Part shown: in pieces, positions 36,187-47,905 of the stretch
Numbering within the stretch: the stretch's first letter is position 1
Layout: each line of letters begins with the position of its first letter
Assembly (NCBI GenBank): GCA_964106645.2
Contig: OZ067046.1
Source of the DNA: Podarcis pityusensis
Lineage: Eukaryota
Direction: 5' to 3' (one strand)
DNA length: 64,000 nucleotides
Notes under the pieces: model-generated
Databases searched by the model: none
Told to the model about the DNA's origin: nothing
Seen by the model: the letters and a program-made list of their open reading frames with translations, nothing else
Translations under genes and position numbers: made by a program

Positions 36187-36289
36187 TTCACAGGGTGGTA
36201 CATTGCGATACACTGAAGCACTGATAAAAACCGAGCAACCTTTCTACCTGAGCTGCCTAAAGTTCCGGGACCGATTCTGAACGTAGGTA

Positions 36290-37500
36290 CCTCTTTGCGC
36301 CCCCTTGAAACTCCTGCTCCTTCGCCGACCTGACCTGTCCCTCTTGCCTTCCTCGCACACTGCAGTTTAGAAGCGATCCCGATCCCCCGAGCCTGGGAAA
36401 GCAACGTGACGCCGCGGCGCCGGGGGGCTTTGCATATATTATGCAAATGCCCCTCGAACCCCCCAGCCTCCTCTCTCTCTCTGGGAGCGCGCTGGGCGTC
36501 CGCCCCTCGGTCTAGGTGAATAAATTATGCTAATAGGCTCCCGCGGTTCTGGCAGGCGCTTGGAGGCGGCGTGCGCTGTGCTGAGTCCAGAGAAGAGAGC
36601 GCGAGGCTCAGGAGTCGCTGCCGCCGCCGCCGCCGCTACTGTTCCTGACAGCCGCTACCGAAGGCGCCTACGCAGCCAGGGGGCTGCAAACACGCTCCGG
36701 GGAAAGGAAGAGAACCGCTGCTCGCCGCTTCCTGGGGTCCCCTCGCACTTGGCTTGCTGCCGAAGTGACCCGGGCGCTGCGTAAAAGCGCACCGAGGAAG
36801 CCTGAGGAAAGCGGTGCAACAAGTCTCCGCTCCGCGCCGCTGGGTGGGGAAAACGGCTCCGGGGAGCACCTGGGAAGGTTGTCGGGCTTCGCTGGAGGGA
36901 GAATATTCCGCGGAGGCGGCGTGTTGACCGTGTGGATGGCAGTTTTGAGGGGCGCCCTGAGGAAGCTCGCCATGGTCTTTCTGCCTTGAAAGCCCCGCTC
37001 GCGCTTTGGCAAGCAGGCAGGGGGGTCTAGACTTGGAGTTTATTTTTGTCGCGAGTGGGGGGCGCGTGTTCGCGTTTCTGGGGGCGGGCAGCTTCGGGCC
37101 AAGTGTCCCTCCTCCCCAGAGGAGGAAAGGGGATTTCGCCCTCCGCCTGTGCCAGCAGCCCAGCATGGTGGGGAAAAGCCCGGACGCCAAAGGTCAGGGT
37201 GCCAACGGGGAGGCCAGCTGCTGGGGAGGACAGCGCTGCTGCTCCGGCAGGACGGCGCCCCCCAGCTCGCTGCTGGCTGCCCTGCTGCTCTCGGCGGCGT
37301 CCATCGCTTCCTGCGTGTATCTGGGGATGAAGACCAGTGACCTTCAGGCCAGGGTCTTGGCCATCGAGACGGCCCAAGGGGACGGATCTGCTGCTGCTGC
37401 TGCTGCTGCTTCCTACCAGCTGCTGCCCAGCTACTCTTTGGATCAGCTCAATGCACTGATGAAGGAGAACGTGGAGCGGCTTCTGGCTCAGGTGGGGTGG
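36290..37500 (+). promoter_or_regulatory. CpG island: COL25A1 promoter and 5' region
   Basis: Abrupt GC/CpG enrichment, GC-box-like CCGCCC (~36500), TGACG half-CRE (~36407), octamer ATGCAAAT 36441-36448, (GCC)5 at 36620-36634. Overlaps the first coding exon. TSS not determinable. Confidence 0.85.
37165..37491 (+). CDS. COL25A1: Collagen XXV alpha 1, first coding exon (cytoplasmic tail, type II TM helix, NC1 coiled coil)
   Basis: MVGKSPDAKG...LLAALLLSAASIASCVYLGMKTSDLQARVLAIE...LDQLNALMKENVERLLAQ resembles recalled human COL25A1 (...SCLYLGVKTNDLQARIAALE...QEKVERLLAQ). 109 codons, phase-0 donor CAG|GTGGGG. Confidence 0.95.
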
Positions 37501-37868
37501 CCTTGGGAGGCTGAGGGTGGGACTCCCAGGAAGAGACAGTTAGCCAGCCATCTCAGGAATGCCTCTCTGTTTACTGATGGAGGCCAGTTGCATGCGTAGC
37601 CCAAAATCGAAGCCAAAGGCAATAGAAGAAAAGTAGGGGGTTCGTGCAGGCATGCTTTCAGCAGAAAGAGAGAGAAACTGGGTAAATATTAGGAAAAGAG
37701 TGTGTGAAAATAGCCAAACATTTTTGTGTGGCTGAATGACTTTTAGGACTAAATTTTGCTGGGGGTAATTTGGGGGTAATTTGCGGACAGGGCTCCCCGT
37801 GGCTTAGCCCTTCAGTTGGCTTTGAATTCTACAGAGACACACTCTTCATTATTGTTATTCACAGAGAA

Positions 37869-38011
37869 ATAGAATCATAGAATTGCAGAGTTGGAAGGGA
37901 CCCTCCAGGTCATCCAGCTCAAACCCTAGAAATGTAGGAATGCTGTCCACAGCCATCCCTGGGTGGGCTCAAATCACCAGCCTTCTGGTTAACAGCCAGA
38001 CACACTACTTT
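37869..38011 (-). mobile_element. tRNA-Asn-derived SINE with CR1-type tail
   Basis: Reverse complement ggctgttaaccagaaggctggtgatttgagcccacccaggga resembles tRNA-Asn(GTT). Tail ggtcccttccaactctgcaattctatgattctat. TSD ACAGAGAA (37861-37868, 38012-38019). Confidence 0.82.
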
Positions 38012-38987
38012 ACAGAGAAGCAATAATAATGAAGAGGGTGCCTCTGAGCATGTACAGTGCGCCTTTCTGTTTTAACATTAGAAAGGAAAGAAGCCATACA
38101 AACCCCAAACAGGGTGCTGTCTAGACAGACTTGAGCTTTGAAACTAAATTAAGCCTTGGGCAGCAATTGCTTGAACAAGATGTTAAAAATCAGGATGGCC
38201 ACGTTGCTCTATGAACTGTGTTGCTCTGTGGGCATGGGATAAAGGCACAGTCTTACGAGACCTGGGATAGCTTGAAAAAAAAGAGACATCTGTATTGTTA
38301 TATCAGGACTGTTCCATGTGTATTTCAAAGTGATGCCGTTCCCACCGAATGGTAGAAGAAATCCCTTTTACTTTAGTGTTGTGGCTCTTAAAATGCTTTT
38401 ACTGAGATCTTTTGGAAGATAAAAATGTTCCAGACTTGAGGCTCAACAAGAACCCATACAGACATGTGGCTGTAAAATGTGGATCCAAGTTTCAGTGGGC
38501 TGCCAGGACCTGTCCCTAGTGACCATTTGGCAGCAGCCAGAATCCAATTGGCAGCGGCTGCTCCTATAATTGTGGTAGCATTTGACCTTCATATATAAAA
38601 TATTCATTACTCTCTCATCTCTAATTTACAGATATTCACTCAAACCCAAGTTTTCTGCATTATTTTGTGCTCCACAGATGTGGGAAAGGGTGGGTGACTG
38701 TGTTCACATGAACAGGTAAAAAAACGTGCGCAAGGATGATTCAAGTGAAAGCCAGTGTGTGTGACCATTTAATCCATTAGCTATTGTCGGGGTGAACAAG
38801 TGATGTGAGTTGACTGAAATCCAAGTTTAGAGACCGTTGTAACTTAAGTAGGATATTAAACAGAGGTAAATCATAATGCAACACAGATCCACAGAATGTT
38901 TAACACCAGCTCTCTTAATCAGTTTCTCCTGCAAGGGACTAACATGCTGCTTACTGCTTTTTCTATCTTTACCTCTCCTCCCTACAG

Positions 38988-39057
38988 AAGTCCTATGAGC
39001 ATATGGCAAGAATCAGAATAGCAAGAGAAGCTCCTCCAGAATGCAATTGCCCACCAG
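38988..39057 (+). CDS. COL25A1: Collagen XXV alpha 1, second coding exon (70 bp: furin site, CxC)
   Basis: Polypyrimidine tract with TACAG acceptor. Encodes KSYEHMARIRIAREAPPECNCPP(G), versus human KSYEHMAKIRIAREAPSECNCPA(G). Donor AG|GTAAAT. In frame with the previous exon. Confidence 0.97.
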
Positions 39058-39659
39058 GTAAATGGCAGCAGCCTGGACAGTTCTAACTGTTTTTGTTTAA
39101 TGTTTGTACATGGTTTCTTTGATTAGCTGATAGTGCTGAAGAAAGGTTTGAGAAAGGCTTAACAAGCATATCTCCTGTCTTCTGAAGTTTGAGATTAACA
39201 GAGGGGGGAAATGTTAATTAATATAGCAGAACAGCCTTAAACTTTCTAAGTAAAGGTCAGTTTTACAGAAATAAGTGGAGTTTTCTTCCATGTACAGGTA
39301 ATTCACAATTTACACACATTTAATGTGTGTGCATTTAGCTTTACATGCTTGGTAATCAGGAAAAAAATTAAAAAAATAAAGAGCGGGTGAAAAGGGGGGG
39401 GGAGACATCTGGGAAAAAAGACTTTGGCAATCCCACCTGCCACTGAAGCCAATGTGTTTTGACTATACACAATCCCTGTGTAAGTTGATAGTCACCTGTA
39501 ATTGCAATGTGTGTTAATATTTTGCCTCTTAAGTACTTTTAATCTGTGCTGTGTGTGCTTGCCAAAAAAATTAATTGCATTGTATTCATTTGGACTTATC
39601 CTCTATTAAATCAAGTCTACAGCCATTGGCCTGCGGGTAAGTCCCTTTGAACTCAGTGG

Positions 39660-39826
39660 CAGGGGAGTCAACTTGAATTAAAAAGGGGGGCGGGTAAACC
39701 CCACCCTGCATGATCACAAAATGCAGTGCACCCACCCATCATTTGAATGGCAATGCCCACAAATTCTGTGGGGGGAAGCCTCCCTAAATATTTTATTGGG
39801 GAGGGGTTGAAGAAGTTGGCTTATAT
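39660..39826. mobile_element. hAT-like MITE, related to 41733-41918
   Basis: CAGGGGAGTCAACTTG start and shared ccatttg(a/g)atggcaatgccca core; ends ttggcttatatg. Confidence 0.6.
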
Positions 39827-41732
39827 GCTCAATGGACTTCCTTCTGAGCAGAACTGTACAGGATTGCACCATGAGCCTGCAATCCCAGGCACAGTTGCTT
39901 GGTAGTAAATCCCGCTGGAAGCAGTGGTATGGACTAATGAACAAAATGCATCTGATAAGGTTATAAGGCTGCAATCCTAAGATTTAAATCCCATTTAATT
40001 CAGTGGAACTTACTTCTAAGTTAATATGCATAGGCTCAAACTGTCAATCCACTTATTTTTTAAGTATGATGCATTCAGATCAGTGGGATTCAATTCGAAT
40101 AAATGTATTTAAGAGTGAAGTGCTAGAAATGTGATTGAATGTATTCGTGTAGCAGTACAAGCTTTACAGAGATGTTTGTGTTTAACGAGCAGCAGCACAC
40201 ATTCTGACATTCTGTAGTGTAGGATCGCATCTGTGAGCAGTTCTGTGCAGCTGTTTGGCTCTTCTGAAAGGAGCAAGTATGTTAAGTACATCAGACAGTT
40301 CAAAAAACAGATCCAAAAATAATTTTAGTGTTTGGTTTCAGTTTGCATTAAATAATACATAAACTTTTGGGTTACTGTTTCCTTACTGTTTCCTTCATCA
40401 TTGTAAAGGGATATTTTACCAGGTGACTGCATGTCTCCTGTTGTATATTATTATAAGGGATATGAGTTCACTACTGAAATCCATTAACTTCACTGGACAT
40501 TCTTTGCAAGCAAACCTTTAAGTGGTGGATTCTATGACAACGGGGTCAATAATGTGTGAAATGCTATTATCCTTGCAGTCTATTTTTTTGAAAAGGCTAG
40601 TGCTGCTTAGGTAACTTACCTTAATTTTTTTTTATAAGTTATATATGAAGTTTTGCTGTTTTATGTTGGGCATCTTGAAACTGGAATGTGTTACAGGATG
40701 AGGGACTGCTGTAGGTATTTATGTAGGGTGCACACCTTAAGCAAAATGCTATTAATTTAAATATTAATGTGGGATAACAATGAGTAAGCCATTTAACTCT
40801 CGGTTTTGAAAAGTTGCTGGTTTGCCATTATAAGGCACAAAGTATCTTAGCCTGGTAATTAGTACATTAGATACACTTAAACATAAGACCCTCCCTTTCA
40901 CATATATACTCATGTGAAGTAGGCATCAAATGATTACTGGGGAGCAGTTCACATTCCCGGGGGAAGCATTGGGCATTCTGCCTAGCAACCCCTCCCCCCA
41001 GCTGACCATACAGTAGTGTGGCCTTCTGTGATGAATGCACAAGTACCTGCTCATGCAGAAGTTTCATGCAACTGGGACACTTGATCGCAGAAGTGTCTTC
41101 ATGGTAGGAAAGTCTGTGCACATGCAGGCTTTTTCACTGCAGATGACCATGCTAATGTAAGGAGTCTGGAGTCAGGGCCAGGCAGGAAGGCTGATGCTGC
41201 GGGTGGGGCTGGAAATGTGGTTGTACTCTTCTGTAATTGAGTTATGCATGAAAAGGGCTTTAGAGGATGACTGAACCTTGGAGCTAAGGTTCATTACTCA
41301 GAGACAAATCCATGTTTGCCACTGAGTGTATTATCAACAGATATGTGCATTTTTTTAAACTGCACTTCAAATATCTTGGATTATATCTAAAAAGAAATAT
41401 CTGAACAGGCTTGCTTTTCACTGTGATGATTAGTAGTACAGAGCTCTTTATCGTCTTCTTCAACAGCATTGACGGCTAAACTGGCATTAAACCAAAGAGC
41501 TGCTAAGGCTTTGGTAACCATTTTGGCTCTCTAGAACAAAAAGCATGGTGCAAATGAGGCGATACCATTTATTAACCCAGGAAATGTTCAAAATGTGAAA
41601 CTCCTCTGCAAACAGAGTAGTCCGAAACAAACATTGGATCATATTACTCCAGCATTGTTGAGTGGTTTGTATATAATAAAAAGCATGGCTGGCTGTTGCT
41701 TTAAATAGCCATGTCTGAAGAAGTATTTTCTG

Positions 41733-41918
41733 CAGGGGTGCCAACTTGTATAAAATATGGAGAGGGCAGCAAAGCCCCACCCACATAATTGATCACAAGA
41801 CATGGCCCATACACACCATTTGGATGGCAATGCCCATCAACTTTGCAGGGGGCAACCCCCTTAATATTTTATTTGGGGAGGGGCAAGGGACCTCGGCCCC
41901 TAGGATTTGGCTCCTATG
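41733..41918. mobile_element. hAT-like MITE
   Basis: CAGGGGTGCCAACT...TTTGGCTCCTATG imperfect TIRs; homologous to the 39660 copy. Confidence 0.65.
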
Positions 41919-44316
41919 ATTCTGTTTGACCTTAAGACGCACATTAAATTTGTAAGAGCAGAGGTAATACACAACAACAACTTTTCTTCTTCAGGGGAGA
42001 TACACAAACATTTTGTCAGGCTTTGGCTAATACGTGTGTGTAGCAAAATTTTGAGCTTTTAGTAGGCATGGTTTACTACTTTCTTAAGTGGTATGATCCA
42101 ACATGCAGATGCATTCTATGAAGCTGAAACTCAAATATCATGCTCTCCATGATATTTGTTACTGTAAATAAACACTATAGTTGCTTCATAAGAATTCCTG
42201 ATCTACTTTCAAGCTTAGACACAGCCTCTTCATACAGCTGCACTTATTACACATGCTGCTTTTCTTCTTTGCTGCCACTAGAGCTCCACATTATACCAAC
42301 TATTACCTGAGCATCCTTTCTCTCTGTCTTTAGTATTGTGTTCCATTATATTGAAATTGACTGGATTTGTAAGTACACTGGAAGACATATTCCAACATGC
42401 TGAAGAGAAGCACGTGTTGAAATGGCATGTGTCAGGGATAGAAAACTTTTAAAATTAGATGAGATTAATAGAATGTGAATTATTTTTTTTAAGGACTTAA
42501 ATTGTCATGCGATGAAAAAAGCAGACCCCACCTTTTGATCAATTGTCGCTCTGAATAAGATATTGAAGAGTGATCATATGTATGATTACTGCATCTCAAA
42601 ACTTGTAAATTAAATTTTAAATCTCAAAATTGAAGTGATCTAAAAATGAAATATTTGAGTTTCCAGTCAGGATAAGAATTTAGGAAATATTTAAATAAAA
42701 CTACAACAAACAGTTAAAGATAATCTTATACAGCCACTGTCCACTCCTCATACCTATTCCCTGCACAAACCCTCTTGCAAATCCATCAGTCAAAGTATTT
42801 CATGTGTTCTGAGTTTGCTTGGAAGTTAGGCTTCCATTTAGTTACAGATTTGCCTGTTGCATGATCAAATACTAGTACTAGATGCTTGTATTAGCATATT
42901 ACAAGCCATGCCAGTCTGTGCATCAAGTTAATTCTGACACTGTGTTAGATCAGGGAGCTTTCAAAGGTAAAAAGAACTTGGTCAGTGTGTCATAGCTGCT
43001 CATCAAACTCAAGCTGAAATCTTTGTTCAGTTATGAAGATCATTAAATGGCTATGAACATGTAGTTAGCCCCAGAAGGTTTATGTATATGAGTCTAAACT
43101 TCTGATTGTAGAACAAGCAAGTAGATAACAGCAACAACAACAATTTTTGTGGGAAAGGCTGTTGACACCAGTTTGTGCAATGCAACAAAAATGGGGCATG
43201 CTCAGCCAGAGTAAGAGTTTGAACCATAATGCTTTAAAGTGATCTTATGTATCAATTCTCACATATGCCTTACTCTATCAGCTGTTTTTTATTATCGCAA
43301 AGTGGTCAGTTTTAAGATTTATTTAAAGCTCCATAACTTTCTGTTAGCATCACGTGGAAACAGAGCAAGTAGGTCTTGAAATTGTTTATTTAGAATACTT
43401 TGAACACAATTTTCTATTTTTGTGGCCATTGAAATGCTCAGGTAAATAGAGATGGAGCTCTGGGGACTAGGGTCGTTTGATGCCATTGTGGTTTAATTCA
43501 CTGAATTTATTTATTATCAATTCACACAACTGAACGGAGTCCCAAAGCAATTTACAGGAAACATAAAATACAAAATTGCATAATAAAACATTCATGAAAA
43601 CAATACAAATATACTAAAAGTGTTCATAAAACACACACACCACCTAGTATGATATATAATTTTGATTCATATGTGTAGACTGTGTTCTCAAATTGATTCT
43701 TTTCTTTAAAACTCCAGTGTGGTTTTATACTTTATGATTACATTACTGCGAGTCAGGATCAGCACTGGATTATTTGAATGGCTTTTACAATAGCTGTTGT
43801 TGTTGTTGTTGATGATGATGCAAGTACTGTGAAATGCTCCTAGCTTCCATGTGACTAGTGACATTCTGCTGGTCCTTTATGAACCCTGTTAAAAATAGTT
43901 TGTTCCATTTTCTCCTTGGCAAACTGCAATCTCTTGGCCGTTTAGGAAGCGATCTGATCTCAAACATTGAAGTGCAGTAAGTGTGATTCTGATTAATGTG
44001 AGCTAATCACTCCCTTGTGGTTCTCCATGGTAGGATTCTGCATGGCCAGAGAGGTTTCTTAAAGGCTTGGTCACTGAGAGAAGCCAGATTCATGACCTTC
44101 CCTGGCTGGCCTGCCAACATGCATGGGATTCCTTTTAACCAAATGGAGTCTTTACTTCCCATCCCTTGTCTAGGGTAAATAGGGTTTTCATTTCTTCTTA
44201 CGAAGAAACTTCTCCAGACTCTGAAATCTGGGTTTCCACCAGTAATGTATGTCTTGTTTATTGGCTGCTTCCTTTTCTGCAGTGACATGCAATGAAGAGT
44301 CTGTTTTAATCAAATA

Positions 44317-44544
44317 CAGTCGTACCTCATTTTGTGGCTGGCATCCGTTCCGGAGCCCCGGCCGCTAGCCAAAAAGGATGCAGGGCAAAGTGCTGCGTCT
44401 GTGCATGTGCATGGAGTGGTTTGTGCTTCTGCGCATGCGCGAGTGGCAAACCCAGAAGTAACACGTCCTAGTACTTCCGGGTTTGCCATGGACGTTCGCC
44501 AGAATGGACGCTAGACAAGGCGGAAGTTCGCGGAGGTATTACTG
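44317..44544. mobile_element. Tigger-like MITE with internal palindrome
   Basis: TA|CAGTCGTACCTC...GAGGTATTACTG|TG; internal GCGCATGCGC and ACTTCCGGG. Confidence 0.8.
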
Positions 44545-46919
44545 TGATTGTTGGGTTCCCCCCCACTTTTCTAAGAAGCCATAAGCCTCATGCTGAAAGA
44601 AAGTCAATTGAAAAAGTCTCTGAGGCTACAATCCAATGCATGCTTATTAGAGAGTAACCACCATGAACACATGGTAAAGGGCATATATAAATAATAACAG
44701 CCATTCATTATTATTATTTTTGCACCATATAGCATGTAATAGATACTAAACTTTTGCCAAATGGAGTTTTATACCTTCGTGTATAAACAAAAATGCTATC
44801 CCGTTCAGGAATGGGCTGCAAACTGGAGTGCGTAGCCTTCAAGATGTTTCATTTTGATTCTTTTCCTCTTGTAGACAAGGCTTTTCTCAAAGATGGAATT
44901 ATTGTTCCAACTGTCACAATATACGGTAATCTGTGTTTCAATCGGAGTTTCAGTTAATGCTGGCAATTAAAACTGCTTAAACTTTTTTTAGACTGAAATC
45001 CCTTGCCCACTTACCTGGCTGTAAGCCTTATTGAACACAATGGGACTTAACTCTGAATAAACATGCATAGTATTGAACTACAAACATGAGCTGTCTGCAT
45101 GAGAGCTCCATGATGGGTAGAATTTGACGGATGAAAAATTGATTTTTGCCTGCAATGCAGTTGTTAAAGACACAGACCTTCTAGTTTTGATAAGGAGTCA
45201 TCCCTGAGCCTGCTCATAGCCATGAAGGTTTTAGGAGATGGTAGCTGAATGTAGGGTGTAAATATAATCCAATTTCAACATTCAAACCATCTGTTTTGAT
45301 GTGAAAGGGACCAAATTAACTTAAGGCTAATATTTCATGCTGATTCAATACAGTAATCAAGCCTACATTAAATGAAAAATGAATAATTTTAGCAGAGAGA
45401 AATGAATTTTAAAAAAGTTTATTAACATAATAGATATATTTTCCTTCATTACATGGTAATCCAAGGAGGGTTTCCAATAAAAGTTTAGAATCATAATAAG
45501 TTTTACTGTCTAAAAATACACATAAGATAAATCCAATAAAAACCATTCAAATTAAACTGAATACCTTGACATGCAATTAACAATTTGACAATGACACTAT
45601 TTTGCAAGGTTCTGAAAAGATATAAAAGGGGGGGAACCCCCCCTTTTTTTTTGCTGGGGTAGCGAAGAGAGGGGGAAAGAAACAGCACAGTCCTAAGCAT
45701 GTTTACTCAGAAGCAAGGGCTATTGAGTTCAGTGGGGTTTACTCACAAGCTTGCTTAGGATTGCAACTTTAGTTGGATAAATTCAGTTTTAAGAATTCAG
45801 TTTTATCCAATAAGGACCAAGTGAAACAGGCAGAAAGATTAGTAACTGAATGTAATGTAAGCTCTGGAAGAAGCATGGAAAAGGACGTATCCATAAATCA
45901 CCAGTGCAATAAATTTATTTTGCAGAAGTGAGGAACTTGGAATCTACTATTATATATAGAAATGACACTGTCGTAATTGATATCTTTATGTCTGTTTTGG
46001 TTGTGCTGAGCTCAACAGCAGAACACCTATTGATTTCAGTGGAAACAATTGCACAGGAAGTTCACCTAGCATATGAACAAAACTTTGAACGTTCTCTCTG
46101 TGCTGATGGTATTTGGCAGAAAATAAACAACCTTCAGTGATGAATGTTTGTCTTTTTGAGGGTTACAGCCAGTTTGAAAGGAAGATAAAAAATGTGGGGA
46201 CACTGACATGAGATGAATCGGTTTGCAGTAAATATTGAAGATTCAGTATGTGATCACTTAGCTTAGCAGCTCTACAAAAAGCTTTTATATAGCAGGATGA
46301 GTAACGTTTTGTACAGTTCATTTGTTCTGTAACTTAAAAAAATGTTCATTTTAGACTTTGAACTGTAGGGTGATCTACGAGTTTGTTTGGCATGTTATTG
46401 TTTGGATAGCTTTCCTTTTCCCATGCCAAGTCAGTTGAACAACACCAGCATTTTCAGAACCTAACTTGATATTTCTAGACTTTTTTTATTATTATTAAAG
46501 AAGCAGCAACACCTGTGGTTTGAAATAATTTCCAGTCTGTGGGTGCTGTCATCATTCTGAATTGCCTCTTTCTTCCTTCTTTCACCATCTGCATCTATTT
46601 TGTGCTGCTCCTCCAAGAGTCCCATAGTTTTCCATCTGAAGTGTTCTCATGCTTACTGTGCAAATTTGCCATGGTGAGGCCATCAAGTCTGCTTCAATGC
46701 TGTTGTGTGAAAATGTGTAAAACCAAGTAAATGTTACAGGCGAGGCAGACTTGAAATGTTAGCCTGGTATGATCTGTATCCATAGTTTTGTTTTAGCTGG
46801 TGTTATGAAGATGCTCCATTAATTAATTTATCTTGTTGTGGCTCGAATCAGTAAAACGTTTCATTATTTGTCATGATTAATGCCATCAATGTAAGTGGTG
46901 CCTTATAGGGTTTTATAAC

Positions 46920-47905
46920 CTCAGTAATGGGCTGGATGAGAGCCAGCAAACTGAAGCTCAAACCAGATAAGATTTAGGCACCTAGACTGGATGGATAGGA
47001 GGTTGCCTGCTCTTGATGGGGTTACACTCCCTCTGAAAGAGTAGGTACATAGCTTGAGGGATATTCCTGGATTATTTGCGGTCGTTTGAGGCTCAAGTAG
47101 TTTTCCAGTGTTTTCCATCAGCTTTGGCTGGTGGCCCAGCTGTACCCCTATTGGACAGGAACAGCCTAACTCCTATTGCCCATGCTCTGGTAACCTCTAG
47201 GTTACTGTATTTTTCGCCCTATAGGACGCACCGTCCCATAAGGCGCACCTAGTTTTTTTGAGGGGAAATAAAGGAAATTTTTTTTATTTCCCCCCCAGGT
47301 GTGGAGCTGGGGCGGGGGGAGCCCGAGCTTCCCCCGACCCCAGCCCCCAGAACAGGCAACTCTCCGCAAGCCGTGGGAGCCCGGCGCCGGGCTCCCGCGC
47401 CTTGCGGAGAGCCGCGCGAAGTCTGGGTGCGCTGAGCGCAGCGCGCCCAGCCTTCGGCATGCAGGCAACTCTCCGCAAGCCGCGGGAGCCCAGCGCAGGG
47501 CTCCCGCGCCTTGCGGAGAGCCGCATGAAGCCTGGAGAGCGAGAGGGGTTGGTGCGCACCGACCCCTCTCGCTCTCCAGGCTTCAGCGAATGCCTGCATT
47601 CACCCCATAGGACGCACACACATTTCCCCTTCATTTTTGGAGGGGAAAAAGTGCGTCCTATGGGGCAAAAAATACGGTAAATTACTGCAATGCTTTATAC
47701 ATACAGCTGCCTCTGAAGATAGTCTGGAAACTTAAGCTAGTGCAAATTCAGCAGCCAGGTTACTCACTGGGGCTAATAGTTTGAGCATATTAAACCAATC
47801 CTGGCCCAACGGCATTGGCTGCTAATTAATTTCCAGGGCCAATTCAAAGTGCTGGTTTTGACCTATAAATCCTTAAATAGCTCAGGACAGCAATACCTCA
47901 AGGAC
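46920..47905 (+). mobile_element. Decayed L2 LINE fragment interrupted by a MITE
   Basis: WMRASKLKLKPDK..., HALVTSRL / YCNALY and AQFKVLVLTYK motifs, as in the L2 at 57594. Confidence 0.8.
47205..47677. mobile_element. Young Tc1/mariner (Tc2-like) MITE with GC-rich palindromic interior, nested in L2
   Basis: TIR CTGTATTTTTCGCCCTATAGGACGCAC / GTGCGTCCTATGGGGCAAAAAATACGG, TA TSD. It splits the L2 codons for SRL|xYCN. Confidence 0.92.

Noticed and set aside
36560-37119. Exact non-coding first exon and intron of COL25A1
   Set aside because: An acceptor at 37119 is plausible, but no convincing GT donor or TSS could be assigned from sequence alone.
37006-37599. 197-aa single-exon ORF as the gene product
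   Set aside because: It starts at TTG and reads through the splice donor at 37492. Homology supports only 37165-37491 spliced to 38988.
47202-47680. Overlapping 88-140 aa ORFs on both strands
   Set aside because: They reflect stop-poor GC-rich palindromes inside a MITE, with no transposase motifs.
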